This document shows, piece by piece, positions 17,787-29,885 of a stretch of 64,000 bases of DNA. The DNA comes from Guillardia theta CCMP2712. Its lineage: Eukaryota > Protista > Cryptophyta. The position numbers were made by a program, and so were the translations under genes. The stretch's first letter is position 1, and the number at the start of each line of letters is the position of its first letter. The stretch lies in the NCBI RefSeq assembly GCF_000315625.1, contig NW_005434637.1, positions 319,985-383,984 on the forward strand, in the 5' to 3' direction. Under the pieces are notes generated by a model. The model saw only the letters and a program-made list of their open reading frames with translations. It ran no database searches and was not told where the DNA came from.

Positions 17787-18248
17787 ATGGCTCTAGATCA
17801 TATCGGACTCAGTGTGACCGATTACGATGCTGCTCTCGGTTTCTATCAAACCATCCTAGCACCCTTGGGAAACAAGAGAATCATGAGCGTCGAGAGTGAG
17901 CACGGGAGAGGAACGGGCTTCGGAAAGCATGGACCTAGCTTTTGGATCCATGGGCCGCCTTCTGGCAAGACCTCGTCAAAATCGAGCATGCCAATGCACG
18001 TGGCATTTGCTGCTTCCAGCCGTAAGGACGTCGATCGTTTCTACGATGCTGCCATAGCGGCAGGAGGAATAGACAATGGCAAACCGGGGCTGAGAGAGTA
18101 TCATCCCTTCTATTACGCGGCTTATGTGAAGGACATGGACGGGAACAACATTGAAGCGGTGAATCACTTTGAGTGGAGCTCTTGGAAAGTCTGGGCGCCT
18201 ATCACAATGATGATAGCAGTGTTTGCCCATTTCTACATGAAGCATTGA
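17787..18248 (+). CDS. Glyoxalase/bleomycin-resistance (VOC) family protein with a hydrophobic C-terminal tail
   Basis: LDHIGLSVTDY..FY..LAPLG, HVAFAASSRKDVDRFYDAAIAAGGIDNGKPGLREYHPFYYAAYVKDMDGNNIEAV; intronless. Confidence 0.92.
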   Translation: MALDHIGLSVTDYDAALGFYQTILAPLGNKRIMSVESEHGRGTGFGKHGPSFWIHGPPSGKTSSKSSMPMHVAFAASSRKDVDRFYDAAIAAGGIDNGKPGLREYHPFYYAAYVKDMDGNNIEAVNHFEWSSWKVWAPITMMIAVFAHFYMKH

Positions 18249-18960
18249 AATGTGACAACATTGCAGGACGTCAAACTTTCAAGCGAGTTCCAGTTATGCC
18301 TTTTGGTTCGTCCTGAGCTTGGAGGGGAAATAAGAGCAGCGGGATAAAAGAAACTGACATGCTATGCTGTGATACATGCGATGAAAAAATATGCCGAACC
18401 TTCATTCGCTCCGACCTGACTTCAAGCCACCCAAAACTGCTGCGGAGCAGCAGAGAAGTTGAAAATGTTTGTTTGCTGCAGGCACAACACTAAAGCCTTC
18501 AGTTGACTATTAAGAGTGATTTTCAATTAATTAAACCATGATCAATGTTTGCTCATCCTATAAGCTCGAAGCGGTTTCATCAGCAAACCATTCAACACAA
18601 GCAACATTCAATAGGGTTTCAAACATGGGAAAGTTGCGAGCAAAGAGTTTGTCAGTTGAGAGTGAACCGTGTTGAGCATGCACAAAAGATGGCGAAGCTG
18701 ACTCCCTTGTTTCCGTTGATCTTCGTATGATGATGAAAATATCTAACAAGCTCACCCTGCTGCCTCCTATGAAACTTTCATAGCAACCGTTACCCTTCCG
18801 ATCTATTGGGGGGTGTCGGGGTTCAATAAACGACTTGAGTACAATGTAGTATTGAAATAGTCTATTGCAAACAAATGCAGCAGATAACAATATTATATCG
18901 AGTGTTTTACTGATAAGAATAGCAAGAGTCGTGCCGGACCGCCGGGCAGCCCTGGCAGCC

Positions 18961-19814
18961 ATGTCGCAGGAGAGGACGGGAGAGCAGCAGAAGCAGCAGA
19001 AGCAGCAGGACCCTGACATCGGGCCCTTGCAGAAACTCCCGGGGTTCTCAGTGGATGAAGCAAAGGACAAGCCACATCGTGCCTTGACAGACGAAGAATG
19101 CACTAGGTGAAGTGATGGCCAAGAGGGACTGCCATGATCGGACAGATGTCCGTCCTTGTTGTGTTGAGTGATGGGTGTTATGATCAGCAAACACAAGAGT
19201 CTCTGTGCTCCCTCTCTGTATCAACTGAAACATTTAGCTGACTGTGGTTGACCATGGACTTTCCCTTTGTTCCGCAGGTTGAATCTTCCTACTGGGACTT
19301 TGCTCTTGATAAATCCTGAGGAGGTTCGCAACGGGTGGCCCTTTCACATTCTCTTGCCTTCACCGGCTGATACCACTGGCTTTTGCTTGCAGAGTCACTC
19401 CGGAAGTCGCCAGCACGCTCAACTTTCCGTCTGTGGAGCAGCAAGTCACAGAATGGATGAGGCTGAGGAGATTGAAGCCGTGGACGGGTAGCAAGTGGCC
19501 CTGACTGTGTCTTCTCGTCTTGACCCAGTCTGACAGGAAGGGAGGTTCCGAGGTTCGCTTCTACAGGGCAGCCAGTCCCACCGGAGATCTTCGTCGGCAA
19601 CTTGACACAAATACAATCCAATCAACCCCTTCCACAGATGTCACTATATGGTACGCCTACAAAGATGCCAACGACGAGCATCATGTTCCTCTTGACTTGT
19701 TGTCTTGTCAGGATCTCAAACCTCCATGGGGTCTATGCCAGAGAATCGACCAAACGGCCAACTTTATTACGAGACGAATCTTATCGGGCAGGGCTAAGGT
19801 TGCCAATCATCTGA
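18961..19814 (+). CDS. Hypothetical protein (5 exons)
   Basis: ATG 18961 (MSQERTGEQQKQ..) and phase-consistent GT-AG introns; no recognisable domain. Confidence 0.5.
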
Positions 19815-20549
19815 GTCATCGTTGGATTCCTGCAACATTCAATGTCATAACCTCGAGTATTCTAATAGAAATATTGACCGCTTCCTCCTCCGAAGACTCT
19901 TCATCGTCGGATGATTTCTTCTGGAACAGAGCTGTCAATTGAAGCAAAAAGATTATGGCAAGCATGCAACACAGAAAAACCTTCTTTGTCGATTTTTTTG
20001 GAGTCTGAGACCAAGGGTAAGAAACGCCTCAAAACCTTTCACTCGACTCCGTACCCGTTTTGGGGTATTAGATGCTTTCTTTGGAGTCGGCTTTCTCTTT
20101 GCCTGATAATCGTCTTCATCGTCGTATTCATCGTCGTCTTCATCGTCGTCGTCGTCCTTTGCTTTCCTCTTTGTCTTTGTAGCAGATGCAGGAGTAGACT
20201 TCTTGGCGCTGGCTGGTTGTTTATTCGCAGTGCCCGCTGATTTCTTTGGAGTTTTCTGTGCAGTTGTCTTTTGAGATGGTTGAGATGGTTGGGAATCTAT
20301 CAATCAATCAGATTCAACATCTCTTCGTCACCGATTACCTTCGTCATCGTCACTATCATCCAGGACAATTGTGTCTGACTTTGGCTGTGCAGAACTCTGT
20401 TCCTATTGTCAGCACTCACACTCAAGGTCGAATCCTCGGTGCTTCACACCGATTTTCTTCTTGGTTCAGATGTTGAAGTTCTTGTCGGAGTTGGGATCTG
20501 AGGCAAAGCAGGAATGGGTAGTTTGACAGGGGAGCGCGTTCCGCTGTTG

Positions 20550-20582
<33 letters not shown>

Positions 20583-22073
20583 TCCACCAAGTTGCTGTCA
20601 TCATCGTCGCTTCCCTTTTCTGAGTATCTGACTCATGGTCAAGGGACGCCAGTAACACATAGCAAACTCGGCACTTACTTAACACCCTTAGAAGCTGCAG
20701 CTCTTCGCACCCTTGTTGAATCCCCTTGCGAACTGTCGAAGAACGAAGCGATGGATGTCTGATTTCCTGTCTGATTTGCAGAAGGAATGCTCGGTTTTGA
20801 CAGAGGTGCCGTAGAGCTCTCTGCAGAGCCTGCTCCACCATCAAATGAAAAATCCTTATGAAGCAAAGCAGAAGAATCTGAGGACTAATCGAAAATGAGC
20901 TCAGTTTAGAATTCGGCTGGAGAGAACCTGCTTGGTTGGGTCCGAACTAGGATCGCCAAGCCATTTTCGTCCCCCAAATACCACAAAATGATCGAAAGTA
21001 TCTTGTGCCTACGAATCGAATACAATTAGTGATTTCAACAATAAAACTGCTGAGCTTGTACCAAAACTTTTTTGGCTTTCGGGAGCATGGTCACATACTT
21101 CTGTTTGGAGTGGACATGCGTTCCAGTCAGACGAAGTGTGCCTTGCGGGAATTCAATGTCCAATGTCTGACAGTTACGACATGTCACCGAGCGGAAAGTA
21201 GACCATTACAAAATACAGGGTTCGTGTCCATGTTGCTGAGCTGTCCAAATTTGCCTTCCTGCACCACGGAAACCAAGCCCGGGAATACAAAGAGAACTTT
21301 GTTCTTGCGGACGTTGGCTCGCTTAAAAATTTCAAGTGGTTTCTTGGAGCTGTGCTTCCGAATTTGTTGCGAGGGCTTGGATCTGTTCAGCTTGCAATAC
21401 TCTTTATCCTACAGCTCGGGTTAACTCTATGGCACGAACATGTGCTCAACGACCTCGCAAGAGGGACTAGAAGAAATGATGCCCAAACTCCTCGCTTGCT
21501 TCTTGATAGCTCTCGATTCGTCTTCCGTTACCATCTTCACTCAGTCAGGCGACCATTGGTACATCCTCGGTTCAATGCCTCTACCTGTTCAGCAGTCTTC
21601 GTGTGAGACCCTTTAGCTTTCTTTGACTTGTTTTCTGCATCAACAGTCTTCTTCGACGCTGCTGCCTTGGGTGCCTGCCGCAAGATCACAAGCCAGCCGG
21701 GCACAGGGTGAATGAAGACCTTCTTCGACTTTTTAGCTGAGAAATCATCCGAGCTCTGCAAAGACGGTTACAAAGAGCGGATGAAGCAGCAAAAATCGTG
21801 AAGATGAACCATGTAGATACGATAGAGTCATGTTGAGAGACGAAACCACGAGGATTCAGGCAAGAGAAAACAAGTTCGCACTAGTGACAAAGCTTGCCAC
21901 GAGTTTACATGGAAGAGAAGCAGGAGGAGGAGAGTCAAAGGAGGCCAGGGAGAGGAGGCAGTGAAGGGATCCGAGAGACCATAGGAGAGCAAGAGCATGG
22001 AGCACGTGTGGGAGGCTAGTGCATCAACATCCTGCCAGCATGGCAACCGCCACACCTCGTCCGATGAGCCCAT
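19794..22073 (-). CDS. RHL1: RHL1 (ROOT HAIRLESS 1)-like topoisomerase VI accessory DNA-binding protein; multi-exon
   Basis: Spliced KPSQQIRKH..EIFKRANVRKNKVLFVFPGLVSVVQEGKFGQLSNMDTNP|TLDIEFPQGTLRLTGTHVHSKQKYVTM..KKVL|AQDTFDHFVVFGGRKWLG and DFSFDGGAG parallel Arabidopsis RHL1 as I recall it (KPSKQVLKH, RKNRFLFSFPGLL, NPVLYLNFPQGRMKLFGT, DYFDNMIVF, FDFQGGAG). Acidic/basic low-complexity tail. Confidence 0.8.
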
Positions 22074-22385
22074 GCCGGGGGTCTTTTGGCGGGAATTACG
22101 GTGGTGGGGCCGAAACTTTAGAGCCAGACCTCGAAACTTTATCGTCATCGAAGTTTCAAACTTTTGTAAGTACGAGCGGGGATGTGGGACCGTTGCATCC
22201 GCTCGACGGCCGACGCGTGGAATGCTGGGGGGGGTGGGGAAGTAAGAGGAAGAGGAAGAGGAGGGGGAGAACTTCATGATCACAAGGAAGAGGAGGCGAG
22301 GGATAGAGAAGTTGACTCTCATGCCAGCACTTGGCCTTGTCGCCATGGCACGGGAGTGACGAGGCTGCTGCAGGAACGTTAGATC

Positions 22386-23373
22386 ATGGCCCCAATCAGT
22401 CTGGAATGCATTAAGAAAGTGAGTGAAACCTTGTCCTGCCCTTCACCTCTTTGGCCGCCTTGACCTGACTGATCCTTGCAGGTTCGCATCACCTTCTGCC
22501 CCTTTCACTCTGTCCCTTCTATTGTGTATGAATCCCTGCCGCGCCTGCTGTACAAAGTTTCACGCTTGTCCCAGAGAATTCATGCGGAGGGTGCATTCAC
22601 CCAAGGTCAAGGCGTCCAATCCCAAGTGTGAGATAGACTTGAACTTGGTTCGATACCAGAAAGACACGGTGAGCACCTTGATGGGTATGGGTAGGTAGGC
22701 TCAGTAACCGGCTTCTGATAGTACGTCAAACCTGAGATCGAGCTCCAATTCACCGACGAAACTGTTGAGGTACATCCTCATTCTTTTCACGAGCTGTCAT
22801 GACTGAGAGTGTTCCGTAGAAAATGTTTCCGACAGCAGACATGAAGATCGCGGATATCGAAAAGGTAAGGGATGAAAGACACGGCCGAATCTGGAAATTG
22901 ACTGCTCCAATCAGTACATCTTCAAGAAGTCTGAGTTGGTTGACTTCGCCCTGTGTATCAAAGAGTGAGTGCTCTGATTGATCTGCCCTGCCCTGCCCTG
23001 CCCTGCCCTGCCCTGCCCTGCCCTGCCCTGCCCTGCCCTGCCCTGCCCTGCCCTGCCCTGCCCTGCCCTCTTTTTGTGTTCTGTTGGCTCGATATCTGAA
23101 GTTTTACTCTGACAGGATGAAAGCCAATCCAGTCACTGGGCCTGTGATGCAACCTTGTCTGTGATTTTGATGGGGCCTGCTGATGATGCTGGCAGATCCC
23201 CATCGGTTCTTTCAAGGGAAGGAGGCACACATACGCTATCTATGGCGAAGATGCCGAGAAGCGCCAACGTGCTGGTATGATGATGAACCTCTGCCAGTGA
23301 TGCTTCGTTGTTTGACTTTGAATGTTTTCACTTCCCAATAGCTGGTGGTGTGAAGACATCCAAGAAGAAGTAA
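22386..23373 (+). CDS. MRPL53: Mitochondrial ribosomal protein mL53 (MRPL53)-like; many short exons
   Basis: Spliced MAPISLECIKK|VRITFCPFHS|FHACPREFMRRVHSPKVKASNPKCEIDL..|YVKPEIELQFTD..KMFPTADMKIADIEK matches the mL53 pattern (V.V.F.PF..REF..NP.C.+..P.I.V.F.D). Confidence 0.75.
22984..23068. repeat. (CCCTG)n intronic pentamer repeat
   Basis: Direct inspection. Confidence 0.95.
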
Positions 23374-23567
23374 CTTGCGAAAGTTTCTCCATGGCCCTCG
23401 AGCCAATTGTTTATAATTGACCTGCTATTTCCCTTCTTGAGTCTTACCTTCTGATTCAAAAATAAATTTATCAAAATCCCCTTCTCTGAAAGCTTGCACC
23501 AACAACGTGTAAGCCTGCCAGCCAACATTTCAGCAGAAAAATTCTCTTGAAAATGAACAGACCAACG

Positions 23568-25529
23568 TCAAGTAGGGCAAGCGAAGAATCCAGTACCGGT
23601 TGATGAATCCTGAGTCAAGGCCGAGCTTGAAGGCAGCAACGAATGAGACAGTCTGTTGCACATGTTATCAAATCTTCGACACCAAATCAGAGTCTCGTCT
23701 ACAAATATTGTGTTGACAATGATTGCGTAAGGCTCCAATCCTACCAGCTCCATTGGATCCTCTACAACATACCAGTCACGACCGAACACGCAGGGGACGG
23801 AAGAACATGCACTTTACCAGGGGGCAAGTTTTGTAAGGCCTTGAGCGCAACATCTAATGACATCGCATCTTCTTCCCCTTCCTCTGCCGTGGCGCTTTGA
23901 CAAGCAGAGCTGTCAAACTCTTCGCATGGCATGGGTTTCACGTGCACCATGAAAAAGTGACGTTCTCTGCCAACGATTCCGACGCGCAGGCTGCACAGAT
24001 GGAAGCTACGGTACCACTTGTCGCACATGTCAGCCTTTGAGCACATGCCGTCAAGGAGATCTAGATCACTTACACGTCGATCTCTCGATGGCTGAGCCTG
24101 CCTTGGTCTTGAGTTGTCAGGATGACCTTGTCGCTGAGTTTGTTGCTATCTTGAACCAAGTTTGTAGCTGAAGAGTAGGGAGATCGTCAGATGCAGGGCC
24201 ATCCTTCAGTTCCGTTCCTCACGAATTCTGATAATGGTGTACTTCAAATCCTCGCTCTCATAGAACCGAAGTGTCTTCTCTCCAATGTCCTGTGACAGTT
24301 GTCAGCCAACACAATCGGCCTGTCGATTCGCATACCCTCCACTTGACCTCCATAGAGTTGAGAATGTTCCTCACTGTGTTCCTGACATTGAAGGCTCCGT
24401 TGGCGATGCTGGCAGTGACAGCTTATCATTCGCTACCACGGCCCTTCTGGCAGCTCACTTGATATCGGACAAGCGAACGATATGCCTGCATCCGCATTTG
24501 AGCGCCACGTCCCTCATGTTGCTGCTCCCGTCTCGTCACATCGACAGCAAGGATCCAGCAGAAAAGATTCATGTCACCAAGAAGTATAGAACCCATCGTT
24601 CCAAGGATGTGCCGGGTCGGTAGCAGGATCCAAGATTGACATCCTTTCCGTTGGCCACTACAACCTGGTGAGTTGGAGCAAACAGCATGGGAGGGTATGG
24701 CACGTCTTCAGGGATGACTTTGGGCTTCGAAGGCCCCCATGCACCAAGGAAAACATTCCGAGGGTCCCACATCTGAGAGAAGCGTCACCGAGAGCGGGAC
24801 TCAGTGGCGAGCTCACTTTGTAGATGAGATCCACAGGGCTGGTTTGGCGCTCGGTCCTGGAGCAATAAACACAGCAGTGGCAAGACCTTGAGAGGTTCTC
24901 AGCATTATTGATCGTGTACATGCGCGATACTACTGCATCGCTGCTTCCAACTCGTCCTCCTGGTAAACACTTCCTCTAACGATCTCAACATTCACTGTGG
25001 TTTCGATTAGCACAGGTAGAACATCTAAGGATTTGAGTACCACCCTCCCACTCGCTCAGCGAGGCTCCATGGTCCAGAAGGATTCTCGTCGGAATATTTT
25101 TCTGTTCGCGTTTCCAGGGAGTGAGCACAGAGACAGCCTGCCTCCGGAACGAACCTCCACGAGCTTCCTCGTGACTAGTTTTCCGATAACGCTGGTTGGA
25201 TCCGCCACAAGGACTTTGCTACCAGACTCCACATCTCATCAGTCACTCATGGGGGAACGCATGCTATTACATCTCGCATCATGTCAAGGCTGACTTTCGA
25301 CATCGAGGCTCTCCTCCGGTATCTCTTGAAACATTCGTCAGCAGCCTGACAGACAAGACGTCCTGCATACAGGAAGGAGAGAGCGCAGTCGAAGAAGCTG
25401 TGAGTTGCGGGCAGGACTCTGACAGATGGAAGGTGATGGTGATATGGTAAGGGATGACGGGAAGGAGGACGAGAAGGAGGAGGCGCCGGCGAAGAGCATC
25501 GCTGCTACTGCTGTCCTGATCCACGCCAT
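23568..25529 (-). CDS. NAD(P)-binding Rossmann-fold protein (NmrA/NAD_binding_10-like) with putative bipartite plastid leader; multi-exon
   Basis: Leader MAWIRTAVAAMLFAGASS-FSSSF. Exon fragments VIGKLVTRKLVE, NIPTRILL, VEIVRGSVYQEDELEAAM, NMRDVALKCGCRHIVRLS, GEKTLRFYESEDLKYTIIR. 3' end approximate. Confidence 0.6.
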
Positions 25530-25563
25530 GTTTCCTTCCTGGATCAGTGCAGTGGTGGATCTA

Positions 25564-25577
25564 AAATGTACCGGTGG
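25564..25577 (-). promoter_or_regulatory. Candidate promoter motif CCACCGGTACATT (representative copy)
   Basis: Identical 13-mer at 46493-46505. ACCGGTAC core also at 4212(-), 4259(+), 25622(-), 30369(+), 30565(+), 35338(-), each 5' of a gene on the same strand. Confidence 0.55.
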
Positions 25578-26402
25578 CCCTTTCCACCCACCACGGATCG
25601 TAGGTGAAAAACGACCTGAAAGTACCGGTAGTCTGATGGGTTCACATCAAACATCAAGGGTACGGTCGACATTATGAATAGCGGGGTGGTCGCTAGTACG
25701 ACACAGAATTATCGCAAGGGCAGCAAATCCTGTACTTGATCAAACATATGTTTGAATATTCACATGATATTTTCAAATCAAAGGATATTTTGCAACTAAG
25801 ACATTTGGATCTCCTGAAGTTAGACGATAAAATAACCCATACTTGAAAATCTGATCCCCCACTTTCCAGTCTGGAGGGGAAGGAATGGAAAGCGGGAGGC
25901 GTGAGGAGTAAGAGGCGAGATAGGAGAGACGAGGACGAGGACGAGAACATGAGAGGGAAGTACATGAAGCTTGAGGACAGAAGGGAGAAGGAGGAGAGAA
26001 GGAGGAGGAGAAGATGAAGACGAGGAACGCTATGCTGAGTCGTGGGATGGAATCTGAGGCGATCGATATAGGTGACAAGAGCGAGGACGGTGATTGAGGA
26101 GGAGGTAGATGATGAGACTGGAGATCGAGGAGCGTCAGAGACAAAAGAGTCAAGAGGCAAATCACCCAATCAGAAAGGGGGGGGGGTAAAAGGAGCAGGT
26201 AATTTAATGCCAGAAAGAGATGGAGAGGGAGAGGCAAGTTGGAGGGCTCCTCAGGGGGAGGCGTATCAAAGGAATGAAACAGGAGGGTTGATATCCGAGG
26301 ATGGAACTGCTAGAGGCTCTTCATCTCCGCTGATCTCCTGCACTTGCATTTCTTCCGCACTTCATTGACTAAGTTCAACTTCTCAGTGAACGAGCGTCAA
26401 AA

Positions 26403-28171
26403 GTGATAGCATTTGGCATACACATAAGACGACAGCAACGCCGGCTCTCAGTGCCTACAATCCAAGTTTTTGAATCGTCAAGAACAAACAAGTGGGATCA
26501 GGTCTTCGCTTCTCTGGTTTTATTGCTCCACAGCTGCTCTGATGATGCTCAGCTTGTAGACAGTTTCACGGCAGCATGTCGAGAGAAAATGGGGTCAGAG
26601 ATGAGCCTCTGGATAATTTCTTTGCATTCTCGATGGGCAGGTTGATCATATCTCTATGTCATATTATGCTGCGTTGTTTACATGGCGGTTGATTAGACAC
26701 CAACGCCTTGGATCGGATTCAAAAATGAAAATGATGTCGGACGACATCATGAAAGAAATACTGAAATATTTCATTTGTACGTTTTATTCAGTATGCATGC
26801 TTTACTGCTTTGGACTGAAGGAATCTCAGTGGGATGGGACTCGAATTATGCTTCATGGAATATGATTTTCAACAACAACGACAAGAGCGTAGTCGATATA
26901 AATGGTGGACACAGAGTGAGTTTTATATGCTCCATGCTCTTAAATGCCATGACTGTGATATTGAACCGCAGGGAACAGTGATTGCAACGACTTCTTTTGT
27001 GACTGGAACTCATTATTGGGAGGTTGAACGACCCAAGTTGCGAATCATGACCCCCGATGTCCTAAATCAAGCGTCAGGTTTCTGTTCAAGACATGCGAAC
27101 TTTGTGTGTCGGAGTCACCGAAATGCCAAGTGAGACGCATACTGATCAACAAGTCATGTTGTCATCTATTGTGATAATTCATTCATCCAGAGAATCCGCG
27201 ATCTCTGAGTGACAAGTGGCTTGGAGAGATTGGTTACGGCATCAGCTCGTCAAATTGTTCTGGTCTCAGTACTTCTCCTTATTGGTTGGAAATTTGACGC
27301 AGTTCCAGACGGTACAGCATTTCTTTGGAGCAAGGAACAATTGTCGACATCGACGGTATTCTCTTTTCCTGCATGCCTACCCCCCTGCTCCCTCCTCGCT
27401 CTCCTGCGAGACCTGGCCCCTGCTCACATCACGGCGCAGTTGAAGGGCTTCACACAAAAGCAAACTGTCGGGCTACTGCTGGACATGGACAAGTATGATC
27501 GCACGCTAGATCTCTATGTGGACGGGACGCGAGTTGGGACAGCCTTCAGCAAGTGCGCTTCTCCTGGGAATATGTTTGATGCTGACGTCATGGGCAGGCT
27601 GCCTCCTGGTCCCTTGTATCCTGCATGCTCCAACGGCTTCGACAAGGCGTTCTGCCGCGGGTTTGACTGTGACGTGAAGCTGCCGTCTACGTGACTTTAT
27701 GGGCAGACTCACCATCAAGCTCGAGCTCCCCATCCCGAGAGATTTCGCCAAGAACAAGGAGATTCGAAAGAAGGAGCAGGCGAAGGTTCGCTCGTGAGCA
27801 TGAAAGACATGGAGCAGGACTGACGGAAGGTCTGTGCACAGGGAGGAACGAAGGGAAACTATCAGAACGGTATCTTTTCTCGCTGCTCACAGCATTATCC
27901 TGATTCTCCGATCCGTCAGGTGAAGCCACTGGCATCCTTGGCCCGCACGATCACACAGCAGGACCTGTGGGATCCGCGGTACGATCGCATGCTCGGTCAC
28001 AGGACCCGCCTGATGAGCATGTTTGCAGCCTCCGACGACAGGAAGCCAAGTTGGCTCGCTGCCTGCTTCGTCCACCGCTACCACTTCGGCAGCAGATATT
28101 ATGAAAGCAACTACTCCAACTGCTGCCTCCATGCTCGCCCAACCCCCTGCGACTTTGAAGAAATGAAATGA
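26403..28171 (+). CDS. SPRY/B30.2-domain protein; multi-exon, start uncertain
   Basis: GTVIATTSFVTGTHYWE|V, LCVGV, GFTQKQTVGLLLDMD..TLDLYVDGTRVGTAFSK|LPPGPLYPACS. Two further ~46-nt introns carry the frame on to ..CDFEEMK*. Confidence 0.8.
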
Positions 28172-28365
28172 AAGAATTGAAGATGAATCAATGAATGAAC
28201 TATGAAACATGCTATGGCTCCATATTTCTAGATTAATCCATGTAAATCTATCGTCGAAACGATGTTTACATGTGATCGAATAGATCAAGGTGAGACACAA
28301 GCGGAGAGAATATACTTGTGAACAATCAGCAGAAATGATATCTTTCACTATTTATCTACAAAATA

Positions 28366-28731
28366 TCACCAAATGTTCAAATACAACTTAGTTTCAGCGT
28401 AGTTTTGGATCTCAAACGCTTTGTTCTGTACATGACTTTTCCAAATATCTTGATACAACAGTTCCTGATTTCCCTTGCTCGGCTGAAGGAAAATTCCAGG
28501 GGTAGGATCGCTTGCTGCCCGGCTCCATTCACATGTAGATGCACCATGGAAGCATGGGATAGAGCACTCCCCCTCGGATTTCCCTCGGGTTAGGATACCC
28601 GCTGGTTTCAGCAAGTTCCCGTCCCCATGCTGCGGGGCAGCTTTCCGCTCAGAGTTCGAAAAATTTTGTGCCTGAAGTTGTGCTGGTCCAAGAATGGTAT
28701 CTGATGCATACAATTTGACGTGCTTGGTCAT
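28366..28731 (-). CDS. Hypothetical protein (121 aa, intronless)
   Basis: ATG-initiated, non-repetitive ORF; no motif recognised. Confidence 0.4.
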   Translation of the reverse strand: MTKHVKLYASDTILGPAQLQAQNFSNSERKAAPQHGDGNLLKPAGILTRGKSEGECSIPCFHGASTCEWSRAASDPTPGIFLQPSKGNQELLYQDIWKSHVQNKAFEIQNYAETKLYLNIW

Positions 28732-29439
28732 GCTGCCAAATTTCTATCCAGTTTGATTGCGACTACTTTCAAAGAGACCCAGCCCAGAGAGCAAGTAGAA
28801 GCAGAAGCGGTCGCACTTGGAGACAGGCGAGGGACCGAAGACGAACAAGAATCAGCAGTGAAGTTGAGGAAGAAGCGTTGGGGATTCGGGAAGATACAAT
28901 GGGGGCTGAAGGAATCACAAAGGAGCGGAGGAGGAGGTAGGCAGATTGATTAGGGAAGGTCGAGCGAGATGACGCCAGATTGCGAAAAAATATCTTTTCA
29001 ATAATTACACAACAAGGCAGTGCGCCTCGGCTTTCAATTATGGAAAATAAAAAGACAGTGTTTTATTTTGTGATTTTGTATAGTTCCATAGGCAACAGAT
29101 GCCCTGCTGCTGACAAAGCAGGGTTTAGATAGGGCTTCCCATAACCGAAATATGTCAGCATTATGGAGTTTCAATGTCATCAAACGCAGGGGAGGAGCAA
29201 ACCAAAGAACAAAAAGCGCAACGGTTCACGGTTTAGGCCCCGAAATTCGATTGGAAGCGGCGTCAGATGGTGGCTGCCTGCAGTCATGGAGTAACTGAAT
29301 GACACGTATATTTTTTTAAAAAAAAGGTCCACATGTGTCCGGTCACGAGGCACTATGGCTGTCCTTTTTGTTTTCACTCAAATACATCACTTTACTTGCA
29401 TCTTGGCTTCAGTTATCGGGTCACAGAGCCCATATGCCC

Positions 29440-29885
29440 CGCTCGGACCTCTCGGTGACATTGCGGCAAACGGTCACGTGCACGAAGCGGCAAAGTTCAA
29501 CCCGTTGCACCCAGTGACCACTACTACTTACACTACTGTAAAGGCGCTTGAACCGTTTTACGCAGGGCCTCAGCCGAGCGCCGGGCCGCGCTGTGCCCGG
29601 CCAGGACCGGGGGGGACTTCCGAAGTTCGAGTCCCGGGCCGTCCGATCTCTGCGGCCTCGGACGGTCCGTGCTCACTGCAACCGAGCTCGGAGCTTGACT
29701 CAGTGAGGCTCTGCCGGCGGGCCCGGGGTGTGCAGTCGGTGGCACCGGCGTCGGAGCTTGAGGGCTCAGTCACTGCCTCTACCAGTCGGAGTGGCGGGCC
29801 GCCGGCCCGGGCCGCGGCGGGCCCGGAAAATCGCCCGGTGACTTAGATGACCGACCGTGACTCTGGTACTTCACTCAGCGGCAGT
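29440..29885. repeat. GC-rich palindrome-mosaic island (copy B), followed by an ACCC-rich tract 29960-30600
   Basis: ccgagctcgg, gactcagtgag, gggccgccggcccgggccgcggcgggcccgg, aagttcaac; words shared with the other islands. Confidence 0.6.

Noticed and set aside
27697-28171. Separate gene downstream of the SPRY ORF
   Set aside because: Short GT-AG introns join it in frame to the SPRY gene.
29355-29846. ORFs across GC islands (also 58481-58953 and 62221-62457)
   Set aside because: Open only because of high GC; Ala/Arg/Pro/Gly-rich with no domain or splice support.
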